Assembly: GCA_048938445.1 (NCBI GenBank)
Contig: JBHLME010000016.1
Coordinates: 1 to 48,385 of the forward strand
Length of the DNA: 48,385 bases
Reading direction: 5' to 3'
Source of the DNA: Promethearchaeota archaeon
GTDB taxonomy: Archaea > Asgardarchaeota > Lokiarchaeia > Sigyniarchaeales > SOKP01
The number at the start of each line of letters is the position of its first letter. The first letter of the stretch is position 1. Shown here in pieces: positions 38,752 through 48,385 of this stretch. A program made the translations under genes and the position numbers. The notes under the pieces were generated by a model. It had not been told where the DNA came from, ran no database searches, and was given only the letters and a program-made list of their open reading frames with translations.

Positions 38752-40440
38752 TTACATCATTCCAGGAGGCATTCCACCCATACCGCCCATTCCTGGGGGC
38801 ATTCCGCCCATACCACCCATTCCTCCGGGTGGCATTCCACCAGGGGGCATTGGACTTTTAGCACCTGCAATGACATCATCGATCCGCAAAATCATTGATG
38901 TAGCTTCTGTCGAGCTTTTAATTGCTTGGATTTTCACTACTGTAGGTTCTACAACTCCGATATCCATCATATTTTCAACGACATCCCCAGTTTCTAAGTC
39001 ATGACCTGCAAACTTCTTGCCTTGTTGGTGTGCTGCGCGTAATCTCATTAAAACATCAATTTGATCCAATCCTGCATTTTCTGCGAGGGTTTTCGGGATG
39101 ATATCTAATGAATCAGCAAACACTTCAACAGCGAGTTGTTCTCGACCCCCCAATGTTGAAGCAAAATCTCTCAATTGAATTGCGGTTTCTAATTCTGGAG
39201 CACCACCACCTCCAACAATTTTTTGATCTTCAACAACATCTCTGACCACGCATAGGGCATCATGTAAAGCTCTCTCTACTTCATCAACGATGAGTTCGGT
39301 TCCACCTCTTATTAAAATCACGACAGACTTTGGATCCTTGCATTCTTCAATGAAAATCCAGGAATCATTCATGATTTTTCGTTCTTCGACTAATCCCGCA
39401 TAACCTAATTTGTCTGGTGTAATATCATCTAAATTAGTGAAAATGACTCCTCCCGTTGCTTTTGAGAGTTTTTCGATATCTGATTTTTTAACTCGTCTCA
39501 CGGCCATGATACCTGCTCTGGTTAAGAAATGTTGAGCCATGTCATCAATACCTTTTTGACAAATAACTACATTTGCGCCACTCTTCACGATTTTATCTGC
39601 CATATTTCGCAACATCTTTTCTTCTTCATCTAAGAACTGTTGGATCTGTTCTGGACTAGTAATTTGGAGTTTTGCGTCAAATTCGGTTTTTTCAATTTCA
39701 AGAGCTGATTGCACTAAAAGAATTTTAGCATCTTTCACGCTTTTTGGCATGCCCGGACTGACTACTTCTTTATCTAAAATGATACCTTTTATCAAGCTAG
39801 TATCATCAATCATGTCTCCTTCTTTCTTTTGAATTTGAACTTTGTCAATATCTGCAACCCAGTTTCCATTTTCATCTTTTTCAGCTATTGCTTCAATTGC
39901 ACCAATGCAAATATCTGCCAGCTTCTCTTTTGATTCCACGACAATTTTAGATGACATGCATGTCATTGCGGCATTTTTTAAACCCTTTTTATCGTCAATT
40001 CCAGAGGATACTGACATTTTTTCAAGAATTTCAATTGCCTTATCTGCAGCTTTCCTGAATCCCTCTGTAATTACAGTAGGATGGATCTTTTGTTGTAAGA
40101 GCTTTTCAGCTCTTTTTAAAAGTTCTCCCGCAAGGATGACAGAAGTCGTCGTGCCATCACCCACTTCTGAATCTTGAGTTTTAGCAACTTCTACCATCAT
40201 CTTAGCAGCAGGATGCTGAACGTCTATTTCTTTAAGGATAGTAGCACCATCGTTAGTGATTACAACATCACCAAATTGATCGACGAGCATCTTATCCATT
40301 CCCCGAGGTCCTAACGAGGTTCTCACGGCCTCAGCAATAACTTTTGCTGCGGCAATATTATTTTGCATGGCATCTTTTCCACGTGTTCTTTCCGTTCCCT
40401 CTTTCATAATGAAAACAGGTTGACCTGCAAATTGCGCCAT
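38752..40440 (-). CDS. ths: Thermosome subunit (group II chaperonin)
   Basis: [42 protein letters not shown]; Gly/Met/Pro tail. Confidence 0.98.
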   Translation of the reverse strand: MAQFAGQPVFIMKEGTERTRGKDAMQNNIAAAKVIAEAVRTSLGPRGMDKMLVDQFGDVVITNDGATILKEIDVQHPAAKMMVEVAKTQDSEVGDGTTTSVILAGELLKRAEKLLQQKIHPTVITEGFRKAADKAIEILEKMSVSSGIDDKKGLKNAAMTCMSSKIVVESKEKLADICIGAIEAIAEKDENGNWVADIDKVQIQKKEGDMIDDTSLIKGIILDKEVVSPGMPKSVKDAKILLVQSALEIEKTEFDAKLQITSPEQIQQFLDEEEKMLRNMADKIVKSGANVVICQKGIDDMAQHFLTRAGIMAVRRVKKSDIEKLSKATGGVIFTNLDDITPDKLGYAGLVEERKIMNDSWIFIEECKDPKSVVILIRGGTELIVDEVERALHDALCVVRDVVEDQKIVGGGGAPELETAIQLRDFASTLGGREQLAVEVFADSLDIIPKTLAENAGLDQIDVLMRLRAAHQQGKKFAGHDLETGDVVENMMDIGVVEPTVVKIQAIKSSTEATSMILRIDDVIAGAKSPMPPGGMPPGGMGGMGGMPPGMGGMGGMPPGMM

Positions 40441-40627
40441 TTTTGTATTTCACTTTAAGTTTTTTTTTTATTAATTATTGTTATATATAAAGATCTCTAT
40501 GTCATAAAATTTTAAAAGTTTACGAAAAATAATTAGAATTGATTTTTTATAAAGAATTTCATTTAATTTTAAAACTTCTATTTAAAAATCATTTTTACAT
40601 ATCAAAAAAAAAAAGTTTAAATTTAAA

Positions 40628-42193
40628 TTAAACAATTGAAAGTGCGCCTATCCACCAGTGTGGGAATAGTATTCGATTCTTGTAAGCTCTCTCTGGTAAA
40701 GTTGCTGTTGCAGTAGGAACCCAAGAATCCATTAATCTATTTGGTGCAATTCCAGCTCCATAATATACACCTGGAACCACGGGACAACTATAGTTAAAAT
40801 CAAATGAGAATGCAGTCGCATTATTATTGACAGGTTGCCATTGTCTCCAGAGAGTTTCAGCCAAGCCTTCTGTTTCAGCGGAGCCATTATGATCCATGCA
40901 ATCGTGATATTGATCAAAAGCAACATCACTTATAACTCCGGGATATGAAGAATCTATATCATAAGCTTCTAAACCAGTTACGATGTTATCAGGGCTGAAA
41001 CCAGTAGAAGCAATTGCAGCTACACCCATTCGGAGACCATTATAGCCACCAATACTTGTATAAATCGGATCTATCGACCATACAGTTCGGTATGCTGCTA
41101 GAAAATCATGTGTCAGACTACTGGTGTTAAGTTCAGCATAAGCATGAGAGGTAATTTCATATAATCCTCCGGTAGACAAACCAAAAGGCGTTATTGAATT
41201 ATAACCCGTAAAATCTAAATAGATACTGAATTGTGCCAATATATTGATACCCATTAATAAAGCGTGTGGTTTTATAATTCCATAAACTTTTCCCATGGCA
41301 CCACCAATATTCGTACTCTCTATAACTTGAAGGATTAATGGACATTTCGTATCATTTACTGTGTCCATTAATGTTGCAAAATCATAAGTATCACTTGTAG
41401 CACCCGCAGGTATAGGCTTGAGTGTGAAGGATATTCCAGGATGAACGGCTAATATCTCTTGTTGGACATACAGTGACACTAATTGTGTCCAATCAAGTTG
41501 TTCATATACTAACGTAATATTGTTTACACTAGCCCCAATATGTGTACTGATATTCGTAATAAGTCTATTAGCGATGTATTTTCCCATGACCTCTCCTTGG
41601 ATTCTATAATTAGTTGGCGTGACTCTGAATGTATATTTGTAAAAATCTGGATTTGCAGTAATTCGTTCCCTACAAAATTCTTCGGATGCAGTACCTGTTA
41701 TGATGAATGGTATTTTTGCTGTCATCATTATATCTTGATAAGAGGAGAATCGTTCTTTTTTAAAACCACCAAGACAGAAATGAGGAGCGTGGTCAATCAT
41801 CCTATATGCGGCAGCATTTGCTTCATCTTGCGTTCCAAAATTTTCTTTCGTATCTTCCTCAACGAGGCCAACATAGTATTTTACACCCCCTATCGTTATA
41901 CCTCCAGCCACGTTAATATCTCTCGCAGCGATCCATGCCGCTTGATAACAACCTTCACCACTCCAACTCATATCATCAAGGATACCCACTTTTATGGTTT
42001 GATCTAATGGCATTTTTTGTTCTCCAAATCCAGGGTATTCATAGAGATTTGGTGGATCTGGAATAATTATGTCATCTATAATATCAAAAAAATTAGGTAG
42101 GAGATAAATAGCAATAAAAGTACCAACACTTCCAATGACAATAACAGCGATTATACCTATGATAGCTCCTATTGTTCGAGTTCTACTATTCAT
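40628..42193 (-). CDS. Membrane-anchored LivJ/LivK-like (type I) substrate-binding protein
   Basis: N-terminal TM; IKVGILD, AARDINVAGGI, YKYTFRVTP, YNG...LE...Y.G...VAFD pattern. Confidence 0.8.
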   Translation of the reverse strand: MNSRTRTIGAIIGIIAVIVIGSVGTFIAIYLLPNFFDIIDDIIIPDPPNLYEYPGFGEQKMPLDQTIKVGILDDMSWSGEGCYQAAWIAARDINVAGGITIGGVKYYVGLVEEDTKENFGTQDEANAAAYRMIDHAPHFCLGGFKKERFSSYQDIMMTAKIPFIITGTASEEFCRERITANPDFYKYTFRVTPTNYRIQGEVMGKYIANRLITNISTHIGASVNNITLVYEQLDWTQLVSLYVQQEILAVHPGISFTLKPIPAGATSDTYDFATLMDTVNDTKCPLILQVIESTNIGGAMGKVYGIIKPHALLMGINILAQFSIYLDFTGYNSITPFGLSTGGLYEITSHAYAELNTSSLTHDFLAAYRTVWSIDPIYTSIGGYNGLRMGVAAIASTGFSPDNIVTGLEAYDIDSSYPGVISDVAFDQYHDCMDHNGSAETEGLAETLWRQWQPVNNNATAFSFDFNYSCPVVPGVYYGAGIAPNRLMDSWVPTATATLPERAYKNRILFPHWWIGALSIV

Positions 42194-42639
42194 GTTTTCA
42201 ATTCACATTTTTTTTTTCATATTTTTGTCTTTTTTTAAGAATTTCAAGGATTTTTTTAGATGTATATAAATTGTTTATAATTATATTTAAATGCACCTAG
42301 TTCATAATTGAATCATAATTTACTCAAAAATAAGCTGAAAGCTAACCTTTCTGCATAAATGATAAAAGTTTTTTGAAAAGTCCTAATTCTTACATTTTTC
42401 ATTATGAATGACCTAACTCAATATGGTATGTAGAGAGTTATGCTGTGCTCTTATTAAAATTTCATTAATTTTAAAAAAAATTTATTTAAAATATTTTGTA
42501 TTTATTATAATGACCATAATAGTTATCTAAATGTCCACAAAGTAAAATCAATAATATTCATAACATTTAAATATGTGACCATAATATATAAAAGTGCAAT
42601 ATTATCTTTTAAAATTTAAAAAAATAAAGATAGTAAAAA

Positions 42640-43266
42640 ATGAATAATAAAAATCCAAGTTGTCATTTCCATCCAAATAGGGATGCAACTACTAAATGTG
42701 GGCATTGTGGCAAATTAATATGCTTAAAATGTAAAAAAGTTTATACAAAAATCAATAGTTCTGGTTCTGGTGATGCCACCTCGTATTATTTTACACAAAA
42801 TGATTTATGTACTCCATGTTTCTATGATCAAAAAATTAAAGCTTTAAATCCTTCTAGTTCTATTTTCTTAATCATTTTTGGCATTATATTTATAATCTTC
42901 TCCCTAGCTGGTATCTTTTTTATGATTAATTCTCCTCAATTTCCAACATCTAGCTTTCCTCAACTTCAGGATAGACATGAAATACCTTCAGTCAATTCTT
43001 TTTCTTTTATACTGCTCATTCCCTTTATTTTTGGTATTGTCTTTTTATTAATAGGAATGATTCTATTAATTACAGTACCTGAAAAAAAGGATGCTTTCAA
43101 AGCCAAAAAGGAACAATTTCTTGAAAACATGTCTTTACAATTGCAAAGACAAATAGAAAATCTCCCTGTAAAATACACGTGCTGTCCTCTATGTGGTGCT
43201 CAAGATGATCATGACGCAAAATATTGTAGTAAGTGTGGCAGCGTATTAGAAGCAGTAAAAATATAA
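42640..43266 (+). CDS. B-box-like Zn finger, two TM helices, C-terminal zinc ribbon (copy 1)
   Basis: CHFH..C.HC..ICxxC...CTPC; two hydrophobic helices; CPLCG..AKYCSKCG. Confidence 0.85.
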   Translation: MNNKNPSCHFHPNRDATTKCGHCGKLICLKCKKVYTKINSSGSGDATSYYFTQNDLCTPCFYDQKIKALNPSSSIFLIIFGIIFIIFSLAGIFFMINSPQFPTSSFPQLQDRHEIPSVNSFSFILLIPFIFGIVFLLIGMILLITVPEKKDAFKAKKEQFLENMSLQLQRQIENLPVKYTCCPLCGAQDDHDAKYCSKCGSVLEAVKI

Positions 43267-43292
43267 TATTTATTTAGAATGGTGTTAAAAAA

Positions 43293-43919
43293 ATGAGTAA
43301 TAAAAATCCGAGTTGTCATTTCCATCCAAATAGGGATGCAATAACAAAATGTGAACATTGTGGTAAATTGATATGCGTGGAATGTAAAAATGTTTATAGA
43401 AAAAGCCATAGTTCTGGTTCTGGTGATAACATGTCATACTATTACACTCATTATGATTTATGTTCTCCATGTTTCTATGATCAAAAAATAAAAGCCTTAA
43501 ATCCTGTGGGTTCTATTTTCTTAATCATTTCTGGTATTTTAATTATAATTTTTTCTCTATCCATGTTCTCCTTCATGATTATTCCTCCCCAATTTCCAGC
43601 ATCTAGTTTTCCTCAACTTCAGGATAGACCAGTTATACCTTCATTCAATACCTTTTCTTTTATCATGCTCATTCCCTTTTTTTTTGGTATTGTCTTTATA
43701 ATAATAGGAATAATTCTAATATGTACAGCACCTCGAAAAAAAGATGCTTTAAAAGCTAAAAAAGAACTATTTCTTGAAAGCATATCTTTACAATCGCAAG
43801 AACAAATAGAAGATATCCTTGTAAATAATTTATATTGTCCTCTATGTGGTGCTCAAGAGGATATCAATGCGAAATATTGTAGTAAGTGTGGTAGTACATT
43901 AAGATCAGTAAAAATATAA
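43293..43919 (+). CDS. B-box-like Zn finger, two TM helices, C-terminal zinc ribbon (copy 2)
   Basis: Same 208-aa length and an ungapped alignment with copy 1. Confidence 0.85.
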   Translation: MSNKNPSCHFHPNRDAITKCEHCGKLICVECKNVYRKSHSSGSGDNMSYYYTHYDLCSPCFYDQKIKALNPVGSIFLIISGILIIIFSLSMFSFMIIPPQFPASSFPQLQDRPVIPSFNTFSFIMLIPFFFGIVFIIIGIILICTAPRKKDALKAKKELFLESISLQSQEQIEDILVNNLYCPLCGAQEDINAKYCSKCGSTLRSVKI

Positions 43920-44300
43920 CTATTTAATCACATTTTTTTAAAAATTTAGTTATATTCTATTAAGAGTTAAATTATAACCAAAAGTAAAATAAAATAATAA
44001 AACAATTTAGAATCTATAAATTGGTATTAAACTTTTACTAAATATCTTATATCAAATGTATAATCAAATCTATATTACTAGTAATGTAAAAATTAAAAAA
44101 TGAATGAAGAAATTAATCCGCTCATTAGAATCTAATTTATGGGTAAGAGAATTAGTTAAAATAATTAAAATTTTTTTCACGTTGCTCTTTTAAAAAAATT
44201 AAACTATCACTTTTTGACCATATGACTTTAAATATTATAATATAAAAATAATATTATTAACCTCTAAGGTTAAAATTTAAGATAAAAAAAAGGAAAAAAA

Positions 44301-45791
44301 ATGTTAAATAAAAAACATATTAAAACAGTTTTCTTGTCTATAATAATCGTTGTTTTTTCTCTTCCCTCTGCTTTTACACTTATCCAATACAATGATTTAG
44401 GGGGATCCAACATGCTTTCAGACTTGGAAATGAGTCGCGTACCCACCGGTTTCCATTACCCGGGTACATTTGACTTTGATGATAGCGACCCAAATACTGT
44501 TCCCAACGGATGGACTGATGGTTCTACTGGAAATGCTTTTGTGAAAGTAGTGGAGAAACCCGACTCACACCAAACTGTGCTTCAGCTTTGGGATGGAGAT
44601 CCAAATGGATTAGCCTATACATACACTAGTTTTTCAGATCAAAAGTCCGGCACCGTGGAATTTTGGTGGCGTGCTGTCTATGATACTGAAAGCCATGCTG
44701 TCATCTTAATGGATAGAGCAAATAGCGCTTGTTTAGCTCTTGTCATCATGGGACTTAGACTCTATGTTATTAATCCAATCACTAAAAGCTGGCAAGATAC
44801 TACAGCTATTTTAATTCAAGGAGTATGGAACCACGTGAGAATCGATTTTAATGCAATAGCTTGGTCATTTTATCTCAATAATGTTCCTTATGGAGTATAT
44901 TTCTATTATGGTCCTAATTCCGACCTTATCTTTTTAAATAATGGACTTGATTATATAGGGTTCTTTACTTATACTCCTTATTATGGAATTTTTGAGGTCG
45001 ATGCCATTGGTATCACGGGTTTGGCTGACAATTATCATCCAGGAGATAACTTGATACCCATTGGTTGTGGAGATGGTGTTGTTAGAAAATGGGCAGTTAT
45101 TTGCGGAGTGAGTGATTATAAGGCAATTTCTGATCTCCCCTTTAGTCACTTAGATGCTGGTGAATGGCATACCTTTCTAAAATATTCCCCGTTGACTTTT
45201 AATACGATTTATATGTATGGTGATGATCGCCGTATTGACGATCCTAGATATAATGGAATAGCTAAAGAAAGTAATGTTAAAAATGCTTTACAAAATGTAG
45301 TTAATTTAGCGGATGAAGATGATTATATTGCATTTATTAATATCGGTCATGGTGGTGGGAATGGACTAGGATCCTCATATCTTTGTATGTGGGATTGTGC
45401 ATCGGGTGAAGATGGTCAAGATGGTTACTTTTATGACACCGAGCTTGCCAGCATCCTTGATGATGCTGTAACAGATAAAATTTTTGTTTTTCTTGATTCT
45501 TGTTATAGTGGTGGCTTCGGTCCGGAATTAATGGCCATTCCTAACAGTAGAAATGTCTTATGTACGACAACTTGCACTGATCATGGTTATGGTTATCAAT
45601 CTTATGCCCTTGAAAGTAGTTTATGGACTTATTATTTCATGGAACATGCATGGTATACTATTTATGAAAGTAGTCCTTCAATTTCTTTGGAACAAATCTA
45701 TGATACTGCCCATGATGTATATCCATTTCAAGAAGGACCAGATGAGCCTCAATTATTTGATGGTTCCTCTTTTCCATTCTATTTAACCTAA
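44301..45791 (+). CDS. Secreted or membrane-anchored protein: ConA/LamG-like beta-sandwich plus caspase-like (clan CD) peptidase
   Basis: N-terminal basic+hydrophobic signal; SGTVEFWW and WNHVRIDF; KWAVICGVSDY, GHGG (His), FLDSCYSG (Cys), terminal PQL. Confidence 0.82.
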   Translation: MLNKKHIKTVFLSIIIVVFSLPSAFTLIQYNDLGGSNMLSDLEMSRVPTGFHYPGTFDFDDSDPNTVPNGWTDGSTGNAFVKVVEKPDSHQTVLQLWDGDPNGLAYTYTSFSDQKSGTVEFWWRAVYDTESHAVILMDRANSACLALVIMGLRLYVINPITKSWQDTTAILIQGVWNHVRIDFNAIAWSFYLNNVPYGVYFYYGPNSDLIFLNNGLDYIGFFTYTPYYGIFEVDAIGITGLADNYHPGDNLIPIGCGDGVVRKWAVICGVSDYKAISDLPFSHLDAGEWHTFLKYSPLTFNTIYMYGDDRRIDDPRYNGIAKESNVKNALQNVVNLADEDDYIAFINIGHGGGNGLGSSYLCMWDCASGEDGQDGYFYDTELASILDDAVTDKIFVFLDSCYSGGFGPELMAIPNSRNVLCTTTCTDHGYGYQSYALESSLWTYYFMEHAWYTIYESSPSISLEQIYDTAHDVYPFQEGPDEPQLFDGSSFPFYLT

Positions 45792-45891
45792 ATAAATTAT
45801 TTTTTTTATTTTTAATAGAATTACTTATAAATTTAAATCTCTTTATATTATCATACCTTTTTTATAATGGTATATAGAGGTAGAGATAAAA

Positions 45892-46617
45892 ATGTTGGAT
45901 TTAGATGTATCATTTAGCAAATATGACTATTTTGTAATTTTAATCCCTGGCGTATTGATTTTAATCTTATCCTTATTAGTCGTGCCTGAACATATTTTTA
46001 TAGAATTTGGGCAAATACTTGATTCTTGGGGCTCTCTACAATTTGCATTTATATTTTTAATAAGTGTAGGTCTCATAATCATTAGCTATTTGTTTGGATT
46101 AATATTATCAGGATTAAGTAGTTGGTTAGTAGAGGAACAAATTACTGGAAAATGGTTATCTCCTCAAGCTACCAATTTATTCCAATTGGAAAAAACAAAA
46201 GGAAAAAAAAGATTTAAGAGATATAGACAACCATATTCTGAACAGTTCCAAAAGAAATTTTTTGAAGTGTTTGATGAATATTTTTCAGGAATCGATCATG
46301 AAGAAACTAATGATTTGTTTAGACTTTGTTATCATGTCGTTAAAGAAAAATGTCCAAATGGTTATAAAAGATTAGGAACATTTATTTCTCTCTATGGATT
46401 ATATAGAAGTTTAATAGTTGCTTTTTTAATCGGATTTATCTTATATCTGATAAATGTTTTACTAACGTGGAATGTATTTACTCTATTGCTTATGATTTGC
46501 TTCCCATTTTTAATCATTTTCTGTTTTTACAAGTTTCTTACGTACTATCGGATTTTTGCAGATGAGGTCTTTAGTAGTTTCTATGTATATGTCTTAGACC
46601 TAAAGAAAAATCAATAA
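45892..46617 (+). CDS. Four-TM membrane protein of unknown function
   Basis: YDYFVILIPG start, two N-terminal and two C-terminal TM helices around a soluble loop; GAGGT RBS. Confidence 0.75.
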   Translation: MLDLDVSFSKYDYFVILIPGVLILILSLLVVPEHIFIEFGQILDSWGSLQFAFIFLISVGLIIISYLFGLILSGLSSWLVEEQITGKWLSPQATNLFQLEKTKGKKRFKRYRQPYSEQFQKKFFEVFDEYFSGIDHEETNDLFRLCYHVVKEKCPNGYKRLGTFISLYGLYRSLIVAFLIGFILYLINVLLTWNVFTLLLMICFPFLIIFCFYKFLTYYRIFADEVFSSFYVYVLDLKKNQ

Positions 46618-46794
46618 TATATTTCAATTATTATTTCTTGACTTTTTTTTCAATATTCTGAATAATTTCTATTTTAATTCAAATACTTTTTGTTCAAAAC
46701 AGAAATAAAATGTTTAAATATGAAAATATTTAAATACGAATCTTTCTATATTTGTGGTAAAAAAGGGGCATTTGATATAAAAAAGGTGAAGTTT

Positions 46795-47643
46795 GTGGTA
46801 AAAAAAGATATTACAAAAACTGAAGAAATGAAAAGATTTGAAGAAGAAACTAAAAAGAACGCTATATGGAAAGGACAAATAACGGAAGAATTTAAAAAAT
46901 GGAAAAAAGGAAAGAAAATATATAATCGAAATAAAAAACGGCTGTCTTTGTATGTTTCTGAGGAAAATGAACTTAAATGGAAAAATTTCATTCAATCTAA
47001 TAAAGATGTTAAGGGATTTTCAGATTTAATAAGAAAAAGTGTGAATGAATACTTGAAAAATCAGTCTAATTATAAAATTAATGATATAAATATCCCACAA
47101 ATCTCTCATGATTTAAAAGAACCTTTAACAATCATTAAAGCATCTTCTCAATTACTACTTGATAATTTTGGAAATCAATTCTCTCATGATTCATTAGATC
47201 TAATAAAAAATATCTTTGAATCGAGTTTAATGTTAGAAAATAAAATTAAACATGCTCTTGATGAAGAAATTGAAAATGACGAATATGACGTATTAATAAT
47301 TGATGATTATTATCCAACAATACTACTTCTTACTAAATATTTTAAATACTATGGTTATAACTGTAAAACTGCATTAAGTGGTAGAGAGGGGATCAATTTA
47401 TTAGAAAAAGGAATTCCAAAATTAATATTATTAGATATTCTTCTTCCTGATATCTCTGGATATGAGGTGTGCAAGATAATTAAATCAAAATTAAAATATG
47501 GCAATGTAAAGCTTTTTTACATAACTGCCTTCCCTAGTACTGAAATTGAAAAAAATATTGTTGAAACGGGAGCGGATGGATATTTTTTAAAGCCATTTAA
47601 TTTATCAGATCTAAACAGTCTATTTGATATTCTAAATATTTAA
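46795..47643 (+). CDS. Signal-transduction protein: RHH-like, HisKA (DHp) and receiver domains, no HATPase
   Basis: RLSLYVSE...FSDLIRKSVNEYL; ISHDLKEPLTII (H-box); VLIIDD, LLDILLPDISG, ITA, FLKPF; GTG 46795 after GGTGA preferred over TTG 46690. Confidence 0.85.
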   Translation: MVKKDITKTEEMKRFEEETKKNAIWKGQITEEFKKWKKGKKIYNRNKKRLSLYVSEENELKWKNFIQSNKDVKGFSDLIRKSVNEYLKNQSNYKINDINIPQISHDLKEPLTIIKASSQLLLDNFGNQFSHDSLDLIKNIFESSLMLENKIKHALDEEIENDEYDVLIIDDYYPTILLLTKYFKYYGYNCKTALSGREGINLLEKGIPKLILLDILLPDISGYEVCKIIKSKLKYGNVKLFYITAFPSTEIEKNIVETGADGYFLKPFNLSDLNSLFDILNI

Positions 47644-48144
47644 TCTAAGAATGATCATTGGATTGCTATAATGTAATTCTTCAAATTGAGATTATACAAT
47701 TTAGTAAAGGCCTCGATTAAATAAATAAAAATTAATAAGAAGATTTAAATAGGTAAATGGTGATTATTTATATTGGACAATAGTATACATTGGTTTGGTT
47801 AAGAACAATAATACATCTTAATCCGTTATAAACTACCAAGTAATTTTTCGATCTTTTTCAAAACAGAGATATCTAAAGTCCAAGTATTCCCATCATTTAC
47901 ATTATAACGCTATAGAATATAACACTTTTACACCCTTAGATGTAAGTTCCATTATACTCAAAGCAGTCACAACCCGCTGAGACTTTAACCCGCTAATCAT
48001 TGAAACAATGAGAGATTATGAAATTAGAACCTTAAAGTCTTAATACAAGCTCTTGCGGTTGGAACTCATTCAGTATAACATTGGATATTACATTAAAATA
48101 ATAGTAATTCAGTATATCATTGAATTACTATTGTCCCTTTTTTT

Positions 48145-48384
48145 TTATTGATTTAATCTAGTTAAATCTGTAATTTCGTCAATATCATAAAATTGATATT
48201 CATTTTTTAACTCAAGAGCATTGATAATATTTCCCGCTTTAATAATATCATTTATTAATGCCTTAAGGGTTCTTTCCTGTATGAACGGTTCCATTTTTAA
48301 TATGATCTTATTGAATACTACTGGAAAAATAAATATTGGAATGATCTGATTTACAATTTCTTTATGGGTAATTTCTTCTAATTC
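48145..48384 (-). CDS. Partial CDS (3' end only), possibly a nucleotidyltransferase C-terminus
   Basis: 79 open codons from the window edge, ending ...YQFYDIDEITDLTRLNQ*; DID..DL resembles NTP-transferase C-terminal motifs. Confidence 0.55.
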   Translation of the reverse strand, partial: ELEEITHKEIVNQIIPIFIFPVVFNKIILKMEPFIQERTLKALINDIIKAGNIINALELKNEYQFYDIDEITDLTRLNQ

Positions 48385-48385
48385 T

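Larger units (their letters stand above)
42640..43919 (+). repeat. Tandem gene duplication with a 653-nt period
   Basis: Long shared DNA stretches such as agttgtcatttccatccaaatagggatgcaa and tgtcctctatgtggtgctcaaga; about 70% aa identity by manual count. Confidence 0.92.

Noticed and set aside
43209-43470. Minus-strand ORFs with similar translations in the two duplicated genes
   Set aside because: A by-product of the plus-strand duplication
42640-43919. Duplicated genes as a DGR template/variable pair or an assembly artefact
   Set aside because: Differences are spread throughout and are not adenine-specific, both ORFs are intact, and divergence is too high for a mis-assembly
2028-46995. Many short ORFs in the track that overlap longer genes (e.g. 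2028-2249, 13736-14050, 24010-24411, 32198-32548, 39842-40177, 41540-42007, 46714-46995)
   Set aside because: Antisense or alternate-frame shadows of well-supported genes, with no motifs or independent RBS
1-48385. tRNA, rRNA, transposase or integrase genes
   Set aside because: No GC-rich cloverleaf or rRNA-like segment and no recombinase or transposase motifs seen by eye; a tRNAscan/Infernal run would be needed to exclude small RNAs

Overview
Very AT-rich, gene-dense archaeal chromosomal segment that looks like an Asgard archaeon (Lokiarchaeia-like). The evidence is TBP, a TFB paralog, a group II chaperonin, a Loki-type profilin, three Rab-like small GTPases, a V4R protein, a longin/uDENN-like protein, SET and HDAC enzymes, and an LRR protein. 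I saw no rRNA, tRNA, CRISPR array or intact mobile element. The two strongest candidates for undescribed systems are: (1) a 46-aa hyperacidic peptide (3106-3246) with a repeated DDWDDE core, missing from the ORF track, which has its own RBS and lies directly upstream of a methyltransferase/ATP-grasp ligase fusion and divergent from an RHH regulator; (2) a co-oriented Rab-like GTPase - thioredoxin - V4R - Rab-like GTPase cluster (12633-14651) near a longin-like gene. Other notable items are an argS-agmatinase-deoxyhypusine synthase-AmmeMemo rSAM operon, a secreted lectin-caspase-like protein, an RHH-HisKA-REC protein with no ATPase domain, a tandem-duplicated B-box membrane protein and a frameshifted MFS transporter. 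All family calls come from motif recognition by eye; no searches were run.
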